Assembly (NCBI GenBank): GCA_937864815.1
Contig: CALMJY010000173.1
Location: 687 to 64,686, forward strand
Origin: an uncultured Bacteroidota bacterium
GTDB taxonomy: Bacteria > Bacteroidota > Bacteroidia > Bacteroidales > VadinHA17
DNA length: 64,000 nt
Direction: 5' to 3'
The translations under genes were made by a program, and so were the position numbers. Every line of letters begins with the position of its first letter. Position 1 is the stretch's first letter. Shown piece after piece: positions 8,021 to 18,526 of this stretch. The notes below the pieces were generated by a model. That model did not search any database and was not told the DNA's origin. It saw only the letters and a program-made list of their open reading frames with translations.

Positions 8021-10960
8021 TTATTGCAAATATTCAGATATTACCGAGATCAGCTTTTTCCTGTCGAATGGTTTTGAAATGAATCCCGAACAACCTGATC
8101 CAATTGCCTTTTCCCTGTCATCCGCAAAAGCTGTCTGGGCTATTATCGGTACTTTGATTCCTGCTTCGCGAATCAGTCTGGTTGCCGTATACCCATCCAT
8201 CTCAGGCATTTTAATATCCATGAGTATAAGATCTATATCCTTCCTGCTCAAAGCAAGGTTAAGAGCTTCTTTCCCATTTGAAGCTCTGTGGACTTTAATA
8301 TTTGTGGATGATAGGAGATAGGCTATCAGTTTAAAATTACTGTCAATATCCTCTGCCACCAGGATATTCTTTGTTTCGGGAAATACATAATCCGGTTTCA
8401 TTGATTCAACGGTTACGGGGACTGACTTTTCTACCGATTTTTCAAATGGGATTGTAAAAAAGAATGTGGCGCCATTTCCCTGCTCTGAGGATAACCATAT
8501 TCTGCCTCCGAGGAGTTCAACATAGGCTTTGGATATGGCAAGTCCAAGTCCGGTCCCTTCGTATGTTCTTGATTCACTGTATTGTATCTGATAGAATCTG
8601 TCAAATATCCGCTCATGATACTCTTTTGGGATACCAATTCCGGTATCCGACACGCTGAATTCAAGAAATTTATCGGTTTTCCTGCAGGAAATAGTCACAG
8701 AACCTGAAATGGTAAACTTAAACGCATTATTTAGCAGGTTTAAAATAATCTGTTTTAGTTTTGTTGAATCAATCATTACTTTAGAATCAGTTACTGAGAG
8801 TCGGGACTCGCAAACCAGGGTGATTCTTTTTTCTCTTGCTTTCGGTAACAGCTGATTACAAAGATTATTCAACAAGAGATTTATGTCGGTCTCGGTTTTA
8901 TGGATTTTTACCAGGTTGGCTTCAATGTTCGATATATCAACAATATCGGAAATAATTTCCAGCAGGTGGTTGCTGCTTTGAATAATAGTCTCAATATGAG
9001 ATTGCCGTGTCTGTGAGTCCAGTACTGGTTCTCCAAGCATTGATGCAAACCCCACAATTGCATTCATAGGAGTTCTGATTTCATGGGAGATATTATGCAA
9101 AAAGGCAGTTTTCAGCCTGTCGCTTTCCTCAGCTTTTTCCTTTGCTTTTATCAATTCATATTCATACTCTTTTCTTTCTGAGATATCACGCATACTGCCG
9201 ATTATCTTTTCTGGTTTGCCCTCGTCATCCAGAATAACTTTAGATGATATGGAACAGGGGACCAAAGAGCAATCTTTATTATTAAGTAAGATTTCAAAAT
9301 CAGTGACATAGCCTTCCCTTTTCAACTTAGTAAGCAATGAATGTCTTGTACTCTGATCATGATAGAAATCAGACATATATCTTCCGATCAGATCATTTCT
9401 GCTGTACTGGCCCTTTGACAGGAGAGTTATGGATGGACTTACATCCATTATTATTCCATCGAAAGTAGTCTCAAAGTACAGGTCCGTTACATTATCGAAA
9501 ATCTGATGATATTTCTTTTCGTTTTCTCTTATTTTCTTCTCAGTAATGTAACGGTCAGTAATATCACGAGCCGATGAAAGAGCACCGGTAGTTTTGTCAT
9601 GTGTATCCCTGAGCACACGCCACCACCACGTAAGGAGCTTCTCTTCACCATCATGTCGTCGTTGCCAGCTATCAAAATTAAGTTCATTCTTTGTCCCGTT
9701 AAAAATTGGCTGGAAAAGCTTATAAGTATCCTGCTCACCAACAAAAAAGGATTCAGCACTCTTCCCCACAACATCGTTGCCGAAGAATTCAAGACCTGAT
9801 TTATTGGCCCAGGTAAATATTTTATCATTATCGACTTCCATAATTATATTAGGAATGGATGAAAGAATAACCTCCTGACGGTAAAGAAGATTCTTTATCT
9901 TTTCTTCTGCCTGTCTGCGCTCGGTTATATCTTCAAAGGTAGTGTAGACCTGGTAAGGTTTGCTCTCTCCTGACCTGAACAGAGGAATAGCATTGATATT
10001 TATCCAGGTGTAGCCGTCGAGCAATGGATTAAAAATTCCCATCACCACATTGTGAACCTCTCTTCCTGTGGAAAGTGCCTCGATGGAAGGATGCTTGTTC
10101 CCAGGAAAATCAGAGCCATCATCATGGATGGATTTCCAGCGGGGATCCATGGAAGTTCTTCCCTGCATCTGATCGAATGTCAGACCCAGGATTCGTTCAG
10201 CAGCCGGATTAGCTGAGAAGATATGCCCGTCAGCATTCTGATATACAACACCTTGAACCATTGTTTCAAACATCCTGCGGAGCTTTTCCTCGCTTGACGT
10301 GAGCTTTTCAGCAATCTCGTTACTCAGCCTGATCTTATCTTTAAGATCAGATGTACGATCTTCAACGATTGATTCGAGCTTTTCATTTAAAAGCCTGAGT
10401 TCCTCCTGCGTTCTGATCAGCTTTTCATTCTGCTGTATTGCACCTTCATAAATATTCACCAGCAGATTAATAATTTTGTGCTGCTCAGTTTGTATGGACC
10501 TTTTCTTCCCCTTAAACAATATTTTAGTGTCGAAAGGCACTTTACCCCCATTTTTAATATCACCCCCTGACAGGAACTTGCTTATCTGCGACAAGAGGTA
10601 CCTCTCGTTGTAAGGCTTGGTAATGAAGCTGTCGGCGCCGCATGAAAGACCTTTTAAAATCTCCTCCGGATCAGACAGCCCGGTAAGTAGAATTACGTGA
10701 ATATTTTCAGTTCTTTTATCCGACTTGATTTTATTGCATAGTTCATATCCATCCATTTCAGGCATAACGATATCAGAGATAATGATAGACGTCAGTCTTT
10801 CAGAAATAATGCTTAGAGCCTTCTTTCCATTCGCGGCAACCGCTACTTTGTAATTATTATTCTCAAGCAGATATTTTAGCTGAGCTGCCTGGGTAGGGCT
10901 GTCCTCGGCAATAAGGATGTCAGTCTTTGCCGACTTGGTTTTATGCACCTGCCTTTTCAT
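8021..10960 (-). CDS. Hybrid sensor histidine kinase/response regulator (REC-coiled coil-PAS x3-HisKA-HATPase-REC)
   Basis: It has an N-terminal REC (DILIAEDSP..DIVMPEMDGY), H-box FLHNISHEIRTPMNAI, G-box GTGLGLAISK and a C-terminal REC (LMDIKMPEMDGY). Confidence 0.9.
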   Translation of the reverse strand: MKRQVHKTKSAKTDILIAEDSPTQAAQLKYLLENNNYKVAVAANGKKALSIISERLTSIIISDIVMPEMDGYELCNKIKSDKRTENIHVILLTGLSDPEEILKGLSCGADSFITKPYNERYLLSQISKFLSGGDIKNGGKVPFDTKILFKGKKRSIQTEQHKIINLLVNIYEGAIQQNEKLIRTQEELRLLNEKLESIVEDRTSDLKDKIRLSNEIAEKLTSSEEKLRRMFETMVQGVVYQNADGHIFSANPAAERILGLTFDQMQGRTSMDPRWKSIHDDGSDFPGNKHPSIEALSTGREVHNVVMGIFNPLLDGYTWININAIPLFRSGESKPYQVYTTFEDITERRQAEEKIKNLLYRQEVILSSIPNIIMEVDNDKIFTWANKSGLEFFGNDVVGKSAESFFVGEQDTYKLFQPIFNGTKNELNFDSWQRRHDGEEKLLTWWWRVLRDTHDKTTGALSSARDITDRYITEKKIRENEKKYHQIFDNVTDLYFETTFDGIIMDVSPSITLLSKGQYSRNDLIGRYMSDFYHDQSTRHSLLTKLKREGYVTDFEILLNNKDCSLVPCSISSKVILDDEGKPEKIIGSMRDISERKEYEYELIKAKEKAEESDRLKTAFLHNISHEIRTPMNAIVGFASMLGEPVLDSQTRQSHIETIIQSSNHLLEIISDIVDISNIEANLVKIHKTETDINLLLNNLCNQLLPKAREKRITLVCESRLSVTDSKVMIDSTKLKQIILNLLNNAFKFTISGSVTISCRKTDKFLEFSVSDTGIGIPKEYHERIFDRFYQIQYSESRTYEGTGLGLAISKAYVELLGGRIWLSSEQGNGATFFFTIPFEKSVEKSVPVTVESMKPDYVFPETKNILVAEDIDSNFKLIAYLLSSTNIKVHRASNGKEALNLALSRKDIDLILMDIKMPEMDGYTATRLIREAGIKVPIIAQTAFADDREKAIGSGCSGFISKPFDRKKLISVISEYLQ

Positions 10961-10965
10961 ATGAA

Positions 10966-12171
10966 TTACAATTTCAATCCAACCACAGTTATATCATCAA
11001 CCTGTTCTTCATTTCCTTTCCAGTCATTTAAAGCATCCAGTAAAAGCTGCTTTTGAGTTTCCAGTGGATTTTTATGTGATCTGATAAGCAGTTCCCTGAA
11101 TCGACAGGAACCAAGTTTCTTCATATCCTGTCCTCCAAACTGATCCTTGTATCCGTCGGTAAACATGTAAATGATGTCATCCGGATGTAATATCATTTTC
11201 TGGAGTGAAAAATCAGACAGATTTTCACTATATGCTAAAGACTTTTTATCTCCTTTCAATTCAATAATATCGTTGTTCCGCAGGATAAAAACAGGATTGA
11301 ATGCTCCGGAATACACCAGGGTTTTATTATTCAGATCATAACTTATTATTGCACCGTCCATCCCATCTTTAACCTCAAAGCATTCACCTTTTTGTCCCAG
11401 GGCTTCAATGATTTTTTCTCTTAACCGCTTAAGTATCAGGGGAGGTTCAACAATTTCTTCTCTTATTACTGTCTCATTTAACAAAGTTATTCCCAGGATA
11501 CTCATGAATGCACCGGGAATACCATGACCAGTGCAATCAAAAACACCTGCCAATATTTTCCTGCCGGTGTTATGAAACCAGTAAAAATCGCCGCTGACTA
11601 TATTTCTCGACAGGAATAGGAAGAATTGTTCTTTAAAAACAGCAGAACCATTCTGAGACGCCTTAATCACGGCTGACTGAATTGTCTGTGCATATTGAAT
11701 GCTGTATGTTATAAGTTTGTTTTTATATTCAATATCTTCGAGGTTTTTTGCTATCTCATCTCTGTTTCTCTTGAGTTCAATTTGTGTCCGTACCCTGGCT
11801 AACAGCTCTTTCTGGTTAAATGGCTTTGTGATATAGTCAACAGCGCCTGAATCAAATCCCTTTACAATACTTTCCGTATCGGTTTTAGCCGTAAGGAATA
11901 TTATCGGGATTTTCTGTTTTACGGGAACACTTTTTATTATTTTACATACATCATAACCATCTCTTCCCGGCATCATTATATCGAGAAGAATCAGATCGAA
12001 TTCCATTCTTTCAACCCATTTAAGAGCTGAATCACCTTCCAAAGCAAATTCAACATGGTAACCTTCATTTTGCAGATAATTGCCCAGAATCTGAAGGTTT
12101 TTCGGATTATCATCTACAATCAGGATAGAAGTTTCTACTGCTGTGCCATTATGTTTATCAGGCAATATCAT
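10966..12171 (-). CDS. Response regulator with SpoIIE/PP2C-type phosphatase output (RsbU-like)
   Basis: It has REC (ILIVDDNP..LDIMMPGRDGY..TKPF) followed by GDFYWF..DCTGHGIPGAFMS..TDGYKDQ..DDITVVGLKL. Confidence 0.9.
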   Translation of the reverse strand: MILPDKHNGTAVETSILIVDDNPKNLQILGNYLQNEGYHVEFALEGDSALKWVERMEFDLILLDIMMPGRDGYDVCKIIKSVPVKQKIPIIFLTAKTDTESIVKGFDSGAVDYITKPFNQKELLARVRTQIELKRNRDEIAKNLEDIEYKNKLITYSIQYAQTIQSAVIKASQNGSAVFKEQFFLFLSRNIVSGDFYWFHNTGRKILAGVFDCTGHGIPGAFMSILGITLLNETVIREEIVEPPLILKRLREKIIEALGQKGECFEVKDGMDGAIISYDLNNKTLVYSGAFNPVFILRNNDIIELKGDKKSLAYSENLSDFSLQKMILHPDDIIYMFTDGYKDQFGGQDMKKLGSCRFRELLIRSHKNPLETQKQLLLDALNDWKGNEEQVDDITVVGLKL

Positions 12172-12178
12172 TTTTATC

Positions 12179-12862
12179 TTAAAGCATTTTCAGTTTATTG
12201 GTTATATCCGACATTCTCCTGATAATTTCCTTAGCTTGATTCATTATATCAGGATGCTTACTTTTTCCGATCAGTTTTTCCATTTCTTGTAGTGCTGTAT
12301 CAAGCTCAAGGTAAATATCTTTCAATAGTATGCTCTGGTTCTTATCGAATTCCATGATTTTAACGCTTAAATCACTTCCATCTGTTTTTTCCTGTTTGGT
12401 CAGGCTCAGTTTTAACCAGTTATCGATCTTTTTTCCAAGCCATTCATTGATTTTCTCAAGGTTTTCTGTTTTTGACTTAAGATCCAGCTGTGTTTTAACT
12501 CTTGCAAGCAATTCCCTGTTATCAAATGGTTTTGTAACATAATCCTGGGCACCTACCTCAAATCCTTTCAGAATGCTCTCTCTTTCCGATTCGGCAGAAA
12601 GAAATATTACGGGTAGGTTATTCATCTTCTTATCAGAGCGTATTCTTTTACATACTTCAAATCCGTTCATCCCCGGCATGTTTAAATCGAGAAGGATCAG
12701 GTCAAATCTTCTCTTCTTCAGCCATTCAAGAGTCGCTTCACCATTGACAGCGAACTCAATCATGTAATTTTCATCATACAACAGTTTCCCCAGAACCTGC
12801 AGATTATGGGGATTATCATCAACCAGGAGGATCACGGGGCTTACTGGAAGAGATTTATTCAT
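12179..12862 (-). CDS. Response regulator, REC plus a helical C-terminal tail with no recognisable output domain
   Basis: It has LLVDDNP..LDLNMPGMNGF..TKPF followed by ~100 aa predicted helical. Confidence 0.85.
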   Translation of the reverse strand: MNKSLPVSPVILLVDDNPHNLQVLGKLLYDENYMIEFAVNGEATLEWLKKRRFDLILLDLNMPGMNGFEVCKRIRSDKKMNNLPVIFLSAESERESILKGFEVGAQDYVTKPFDNRELLARVKTQLDLKSKTENLEKINEWLGKKIDNWLKLSLTKQEKTDGSDLSVKIMEFDKNQSILLKDIYLELDTALQEMEKLIGKSKHPDIMNQAKEIIRRMSDITNKLKML

Positions 12863-12866
12863 ATAT

Positions 12867-15050
12867 TCATATTGTATTTGTTTCCATATCTTTTATTGAG
12901 TCAACAATAGCAGGGTATTTCCTTATCAGTGTCAGTATTTCTTCAATGTTGAAACTTTCGGCAGCCTGGGTCAGGTCTGTACCGTATCCGGTAATAATTG
13001 AAGTATTGTGTTTCTTCCCAAGTTCAATCAGCCTGTTTCCAAAATCCCTGACTTCGTTAATGGGTTGCACACGTGAAAATGTAGACCAGACTTCTTTAAA
13101 CTGCGTATCGAGTAAATGAATCAACTCCGCCAGGTCAGATATCTCTTCAGAGGTTTTGGTCCTGGGTAAAGATTGCTTCGTTTCAGGTGCTTTAACCGTT
13201 TCATAACGAATATTATTCATAAGTTCGAGGTATAATTCAGTCACCTGTACCGGTTTGATTAACAAGCCTGCAAACTCGCTCTTCCTCATCCGTTCCCGCT
13301 GGGCTTTCATTACAGATGCAGAGTATGCTATGACCGGAATATGCCGTAAACCTTTATTGCTTTTCAGTTTTTCCAGTAAGCCAAAACCGTCAAGAACAGG
13401 CATCCTTATATCAGTGATCACAAGATCAGGTTTATTTTTCTGGACAAGAGAATATGCCTTTTGTCCGTCCTCAGCTTCAATAATTTTTATTCTGGTATTT
13501 TTCAGGGCATCAATAAGGTATTTCCTGTTATGTTCAACATCATCAACCACGACAATCGTAGCTTCATGAAATTTTATTTCCGCGGGATCAAGCTCAATCT
13601 CCTGGGTCCTTTTTTCGAAATCCCTTAAATACGAAACATCAGAGATGCGTACTTTAAAATTACTTCCTTTTTTCAACCGTGAGTCAAGACCTATTGTCCC
13701 GTTCATAAGTTGAATAAGCCTCTGCGTGATCGCCAGCCCGAGTCCTGTGCCACCGTATTTTTTGATACTCTGGTTTTCACCCTGAATAAAGGGATCAAAG
13801 ATCTTATCCTGCACCTCCTGGGAAATACCAATTCCGGTATCAATAACTTCAATGACAAGATCAATATATTCTTCACTTTTTTCTTCAGATAATTTTACCA
13901 TCTGAGGATTTTCAGAATAAACCCTTAACTTGATATAGCCTTTCTCGGTGAACTTCACTGCATTCCCGATAAGATTGAGAATAATTTGCCGCAGCCTGGC
14001 ATCATCAACCAGAATGCCATCCGGAACACCCGATGAGATTTCAAGGATAAATCTTAATCCCTTTTCGGATAATCGTAAAGAAAATATTTGCTCAAATTCC
14101 GAAAAAAATGATCTGGCATTCACATATTCAAACTGCAATTCAAGCTTTCCTGCCTCGATCTTTGACAGGTCAAGAATATCGTTAATCAGGGTAAGCAGGC
14201 TTCGTCCGCTCGATTTTATTGAATCCAGGTAATCTCTCTGGGTTTTATCCTCAACCATGTGACCCAGAAGCTCAGCATATCCCAGTACTGCATTTAAAGG
14301 TGTCCGTATTTCATGGCTCATATTGGCAAGAAACTCACTCTTGGCTTTATTTGCAGCGTCAAGCTGAGCTGTGCGCTCTTTTATTCTCTGTTCAAGCTCG
14401 GCATTGAAAGCACGGATTTGTTCCTCGTCCTTTTTAAGTTCTTTGGTCCTTTCTTCTACCAGATCCTCAAGCTTTTCATTTAATAATCTCAGTTCATCAC
14501 GTGTTTGTATGAGCTCATTATTCTGGTGAACCGCTCCCCGATATATATTCAGCAGGAATTTAATCACCTTCCTGGAGCCGGTTCTTACTGTTCTTTTCTT
14601 TCCGCCATAGTTAATTTCTATATCAGTAAAATCACTTCTGAATTCAGGTACCTCCTTTTCAGCAAGTATCTTTCTTATGATGGAAAGGAGATATTCATCA
14701 TTGAATGGTTTGGTTATGAAACTGTCGGCGCCGCATGAGAGCCCCTCAATAACTTCATCAGGATCAGATAGGGAGGTCAATAAGATTACCGGTATATTTT
14801 CAATACTCTTATCTGATTTTATCCTTTCACAGAGTTCAAATCCATTCATTTGAGGCATGACGATATCCGATATTACCAGTAATGGTTTATTATCGGAAAG
14901 CCAGCTGAGGGCCTGCTGTCCATTCATACATGCTTCGACCTTGTATTGATGATTTTCGAGCAGATATTTTAACCGGGCAGCCTGCGTAGGGCTGTCTTCA
15001 ACGATTAAAATATCGGCGGACTGACCGGGACTTTTTATTTTCTTGCCCAT
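12867..15050 (-). CDS. Hybrid sensor histidine kinase (REC-coiled coil-HisKA-HATPase-REC-helical tail)
   Basis: It has H-box FLANMSHEIRTPLNAV, GGTGLGLAITQ and a second REC (ITDIRMPVLDGF). The N-terminal ~200 aa are paralogous to 8021..10960. Confidence 0.9.
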   Translation of the reverse strand: MGKKIKSPGQSADILIVEDSPTQAARLKYLLENHQYKVEACMNGQQALSWLSDNKPLLVISDIVMPQMNGFELCERIKSDKSIENIPVILLTSLSDPDEVIEGLSCGADSFITKPFNDEYLLSIIRKILAEKEVPEFRSDFTDIEINYGGKKRTVRTGSRKVIKFLLNIYRGAVHQNNELIQTRDELRLLNEKLEDLVEERTKELKKDEEQIRAFNAELEQRIKERTAQLDAANKAKSEFLANMSHEIRTPLNAVLGYAELLGHMVEDKTQRDYLDSIKSSGRSLLTLINDILDLSKIEAGKLELQFEYVNARSFFSEFEQIFSLRLSEKGLRFILEISSGVPDGILVDDARLRQIILNLIGNAVKFTEKGYIKLRVYSENPQMVKLSEEKSEEYIDLVIEVIDTGIGISQEVQDKIFDPFIQGENQSIKKYGGTGLGLAITQRLIQLMNGTIGLDSRLKKGSNFKVRISDVSYLRDFEKRTQEIELDPAEIKFHEATIVVVDDVEHNRKYLIDALKNTRIKIIEAEDGQKAYSLVQKNKPDLVITDIRMPVLDGFGLLEKLKSNKGLRHIPVIAYSASVMKAQRERMRKSEFAGLLIKPVQVTELYLELMNNIRYETVKAPETKQSLPRTKTSEEISDLAELIHLLDTQFKEVWSTFSRVQPINEVRDFGNRLIELGKKHNTSIITGYGTDLTQAAESFNIEEILTLIRKYPAIVDSIKDMETNTI

Positions 15051-15053
15051 GAT

Positions 15054-16100
15054 CTATTTTTTGGAACCTGATTTAATAAGTATCTCAACAATCTTTTCCG
15101 GAGAAAATGCATGGTCGGCAGCGCCAATTTTCAGAGCCTCGCCGGGCATCCCGAATACAACCGAGCTTTCCTCGTTCTGAACAATTGTCAATGCCCCTTT
15201 TTCTTTCATTTCTTTCAGTTCCCCTGCTCCGTCCGTACCCATGCCTGTAAGCAGGATTCCCACGGCATTTGGTCCGAAATTCTGAGCGACAGTGCGGAAA
15301 AGATAGCTGACAGAAGGTCTTAATCCATGTTCAGGCGGGCCACTGGTTAACTTAATTATTTTTCTCCTGTCAATTCCCATTTGATAATTATCCGGAGCAA
15401 TATAACCAATCCCTGCCCGGGCCTCTTCGCCGTCTTCAGCGATTTTCAGCCTGATACCAGAAGTCTTCGACAGCCATTCCTTAAACCCGGTTAAGAAACC
15501 TGCAGTTATATGCTGAACGATAAGAACCGGCACCGGCAGATCAGCCGGCAGCCCTGAAAGAATTATTTCAAGGGCAGTCGGGCCTCCTGTTGAAGCGCCG
15601 ATTGCGATGATCTCAATCCCTGACATCCCGGTCTCAAGTGTCTGTTCGAGACGAAGAGGTTTTGCCTGTTTATTCCGGCCTCTTGGGAAACGTTTTACCA
15701 CTTTTACTTCCGACATCAGCTTGACGGTTTGTATCAGCTCCATACGTAAAGCAGCGAAATCGGGATTTTCAAATCCCGGAGGACAAAGAACAACTGCCAG
15801 GGCGCCGGCTTCAAGAGATTTGAATGTACCCGCCACTTCTTTTGTCGTGGCGCTTCCGCTTACAATAATTACAGGGGTAGGGACAGTCTCCATGATCAAA
15901 CGGGTAGCCTCATAACCGTCTATTCCCGGCATATGTATATCCATGGTGATCACGTCCGGCTTCTTTGTCTTTGCCTGTTCAATTGCCTCAGCGCCGGAAG
16001 CAGCCAGACCCACAACACTGATATCAGGATCGGAAGAAAGAAGGTGAGCAAGGAATTCACGCTGAACCTTTGAGTCATCAACTATAAGAGCTTTGATCAT
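15054..16100 (-). CDS. cheB: Chemotaxis response regulator protein-glutamate methylesterase
   Basis: It has REC (ALIVDDS..MDIHMPGIDGY) plus a CheB esterase domain (GASTGGP, TGMGTDGA). Confidence 0.92.
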   Translation of the reverse strand: MIKALIVDDSKVQREFLAHLLSSDPDISVVGLAASGAEAIEQAKTKKPDVITMDIHMPGIDGYEATRLIMETVPTPVIIVSGSATTKEVAGTFKSLEAGALAVVLCPPGFENPDFAALRMELIQTVKLMSEVKVVKRFPRGRNKQAKPLRLEQTLETGMSGIEIIAIGASTGGPTALEIILSGLPADLPVPVLIVQHITAGFLTGFKEWLSKTSGIRLKIAEDGEEARAGIGYIAPDNYQMGIDRRKIIKLTSGPPEHGLRPSVSYLFRTVAQNFGPNAVGILLTGMGTDGAGELKEMKEKGALTIVQNEESSVVFGMPGEALKIGAADHAFSPEKIVEILIKSGSKK

Positions 16101-16133
16101 AACTTTTTCGTGTCACTTGTTACTTATTATTAC

Positions 16134-16205
16134 GGCGCAATGGCGCAAAGGCGCATGGGCGCAATGGTGTAAATATGCGACTGAGCCGCTGAGCCGTTGT
16201 GCCGT
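16134..16205. repeat. 8-nt microsatellite pair ('solo' bracket): (GGCGCAAN)x4, 16-nt degenerate spacer, (TGAGCCGY/TGTGCCGT)x3
   Basis: It has period-8 tandem units. They are the reverse complement of the two arrays that bracket the four-helix-bundle gene at 23152..23756. It lies between the cheA stop codon (2 nt away) and the cheB start codon. Confidence 0.9.
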
Positions 16206-16207
16206 CT

Positions 16208-18526
16208 TCATATCAACCTCCTAATAATTTCCAACAAATTTGTCTGGTCGAAGCTGCGTTTAACAATATATGCATCGGCACCGACCTCAATTCCCAGTTC
16301 ACGATCCTCGCGAGATTCAAGAGCTGTTACTAGGACAACCGGTATTTCACTTAGTTTCCTGTCGTTCCTTATTTTTGCAGTCAGTTCAAATCCGTTCATC
16401 CTTGGCATATCTACATCAGAAACAATCAGATCGAATCCTTCCATCCGCGCTTTAGTGAAAGCATCGGTCCCATCAATAGCTGTAGATACTTGATATCCTG
16501 CAGTTTCCAGTATGTTCTTCAACAGAGCCCTGGCAGTAACAGAATCCTCAGCAACAAGGATTTTCGCTGATTTTTCAGGAGTAATCCCGGCAGCAACAGG
16601 TCTACTGACCTTTTCTTGTGCACTTATTGATGATTTTATTAAATCGGGGACATATAATACAGGCACGACGTTTCCTGAACCCAGCACTGTGGCCCCTGAA
16701 ATATTCTTAACCCTGGTAAGAAGCTTTCCAAGGTTCTTTACAAGCACCTGCCGTTCATCAAGCACATCATCAACTCTGAATGCAACCACATCATCACCTG
16801 AGGTCAGAACAACTATACAGATCTGATCGGAACTCTTCGATGAAAGCTCTGTAGTTTTATTTCCTGGTTCCTGAAGACCCAGCACATTTCCAAGATCGGC
16901 CATCGGGATTACCTTTTTATCAAAACTGATAGTATCATGATTCTCAACAGTTTTAATCTCTCCGGATTCTGTCCTTAACACCCGAACTACATTAACAGAG
17001 GGAAGAATGAACATATATTCGCCGGTCTTCACAAGAATCCCCCTGAATGTGGCAAGCGTAACAGGAAGAAGTATATGAAAAGAAGTTCCCTTACTTTTTT
17101 CCGTCCTGACACTTACTTTACCATTAAGCTTTTCGACTTTTTCGCTTACTATTGACAGACCCAGGCCGCGGCCCGAGATATCTGTTATAACAGAGCTGGT
17201 CGAAACTCCGGACTTAAAGATCAGGGAAATAATCTCATCACGATTAAGATTTTCTGCAGCTTCGGCTGAAATAACGCCCGATCTGACAGCAGCTTTAAGA
17301 ACATTCTCAGTATCGATACCTTTACCGTCATCCGACAAAACGATTTCAATCATATCGCTTCCCCTGGCTTTGAATTCAAGATTTATTGTGCCAGACGGAG
17401 GCTTGTTTTGTTCTGTCCGTTCATGAGGTTTTCCTATACCATGGTCAAGACTGTTACGTATGAGATGCAGCAAAGGATCTTTAAGATCTTCAAGGATACG
17501 TTTATCGACCTCAAGTTCCATACCGGTAATATTAAATTTTACCTCTTTATTATGTTCATGAGAGATATCCCTGACCATGGAAGGAAAGGATTCAACAAGA
17601 GACGAGACCGGGAGCATGAGAATCTGTTTTACCTCCCCGAGATGGTCATTGGTCAGACGGTTAAAAGTATATTGATCCTTTTCGATTGAATGCTGTAATT
17701 CGTTGAGTCGGTTTTCCATTTCGGACAGACAGTTCCCTGCAAATTCATGATACTCATCATGTATCATTTTAGCTGTTTCCGGCACATCGATGCTGTATTT
17801 TGATAGTTGAGCTTTGAATCCGGTAACTCTGACATTGACGTCTTTCAGTTCATTTAGCCGCTGATCAAAGGATATTTTTGTCTGGAGCAATTCTTCTGAT
17901 TGTAACAGAAGGGGATCGAGTCTTGAAACAGGGATCCGGACCACTTTGGCCATGGCAGGTTCATAGCTTTCAGCTACTCCTGAGACTTTATTTTTTTCTG
18001 TTTCACTGACAATAACTTTTTCTTCAGTTTGCGGCTCGCCACTAAAATCAGGGTACTCTTTTCCGTGGGTGTCTGAAGGAGATTCTTCTGCCGCCTTCTT
18101 TAATTGATTGATTATATCCTTGTGTATTTGCCGCTCTGCAGGTGTTTTCACAATCCCATCTGTTGAGAGCAGCCTGGTTAAAATGTCGATTGCTTTTAAC
18201 AGGATATCGAAGAGCCGGGGAGATAAAACGATATCTTTTCTTTTCAGGGCAGCAAAAAGACTTTCAAACGGGTGGCAGACCGATTCAATTTCTTTCTGAT
18301 CGACAGAACGGGCCGCCCCTTTCAAACTGTGCACTTCGCGATACATATTTTCAATGAGTTCTGCAGCACGTTTTTCCGGCGGTTTCTTTTCCAGCTCAGT
18401 AAGACCTGCCGACAATATGCGCAGATGTTCTTCCGCCTCAATCCTGAAAGTTTCCCTGATCCGTTTTAGAAAATCTTCATCCATTTTATTCATTATATCC
18501 TGTTTAGATTTTGTACTGTTCAACAA
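16208..18526 (-). CDS. cheA: Chemotaxis histidine kinase CheA with a C-terminal receiver (WspE/FrzE-like)
   Basis: It has HPt [10 protein letters not shown], HATPase GRGLGLSIV, a CheW-like domain and a C-terminal REC ([18 protein letters not shown]). The true start is probably Met12 (18493), which would avoid overlap with mcp. Confidence 0.92.
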   Translation of the reverse strand: MLNSTKSKQDIMNKMDEDFLKRIRETFRIEAEEHLRILSAGLTELEKKPPEKRAAELIENMYREVHSLKGAARSVDQKEIESVCHPFESLFAALKRKDIVLSPRLFDILLKAIDILTRLLSTDGIVKTPAERQIHKDIINQLKKAAEESPSDTHGKEYPDFSGEPQTEEKVIVSETEKNKVSGVAESYEPAMAKVVRIPVSRLDPLLLQSEELLQTKISFDQRLNELKDVNVRVTGFKAQLSKYSIDVPETAKMIHDEYHEFAGNCLSEMENRLNELQHSIEKDQYTFNRLTNDHLGEVKQILMLPVSSLVESFPSMVRDISHEHNKEVKFNITGMELEVDKRILEDLKDPLLHLIRNSLDHGIGKPHERTEQNKPPSGTINLEFKARGSDMIEIVLSDDGKGIDTENVLKAAVRSGVISAEAAENLNRDEIISLIFKSGVSTSSVITDISGRGLGLSIVSEKVEKLNGKVSVRTEKSKGTSFHILLPVTLATFRGILVKTGEYMFILPSVNVVRVLRTESGEIKTVENHDTISFDKKVIPMADLGNVLGLQEPGNKTTELSSKSSDQICIVVLTSGDDVVAFRVDDVLDERQVLVKNLGKLLTRVKNISGATVLGSGNVVPVLYVPDLIKSSISAQEKVSRPVAAGITPEKSAKILVAEDSVTARALLKNILETAGYQVSTAIDGTDAFTKARMEGFDLIVSDVDMPRMNGFELTAKIRNDRKLSEIPVVLVTALESREDRELGIEVGADAYIVKRSFDQTNLLEIIRRLI

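Noticed and set aside
7911-8321. A 136-aa + strand ORF overlaps the 3' end of the hybrid kinase. There are similar antisense ORFs at 33369..33881, 46386..46865, 58953..59384 and 60048..60653.
   Set aside because: All are antisense to genes with clear domain signatures. They have no motifs and low-complexity composition.
18504-18526. There is a 23-nt overlap between the mcp stop and the annotated cheA start.
   Set aside because: It is probably an artefact of taking the longest ORF. An in-frame Met at 18493 gives a non-overlapping start just before the HPt domain.
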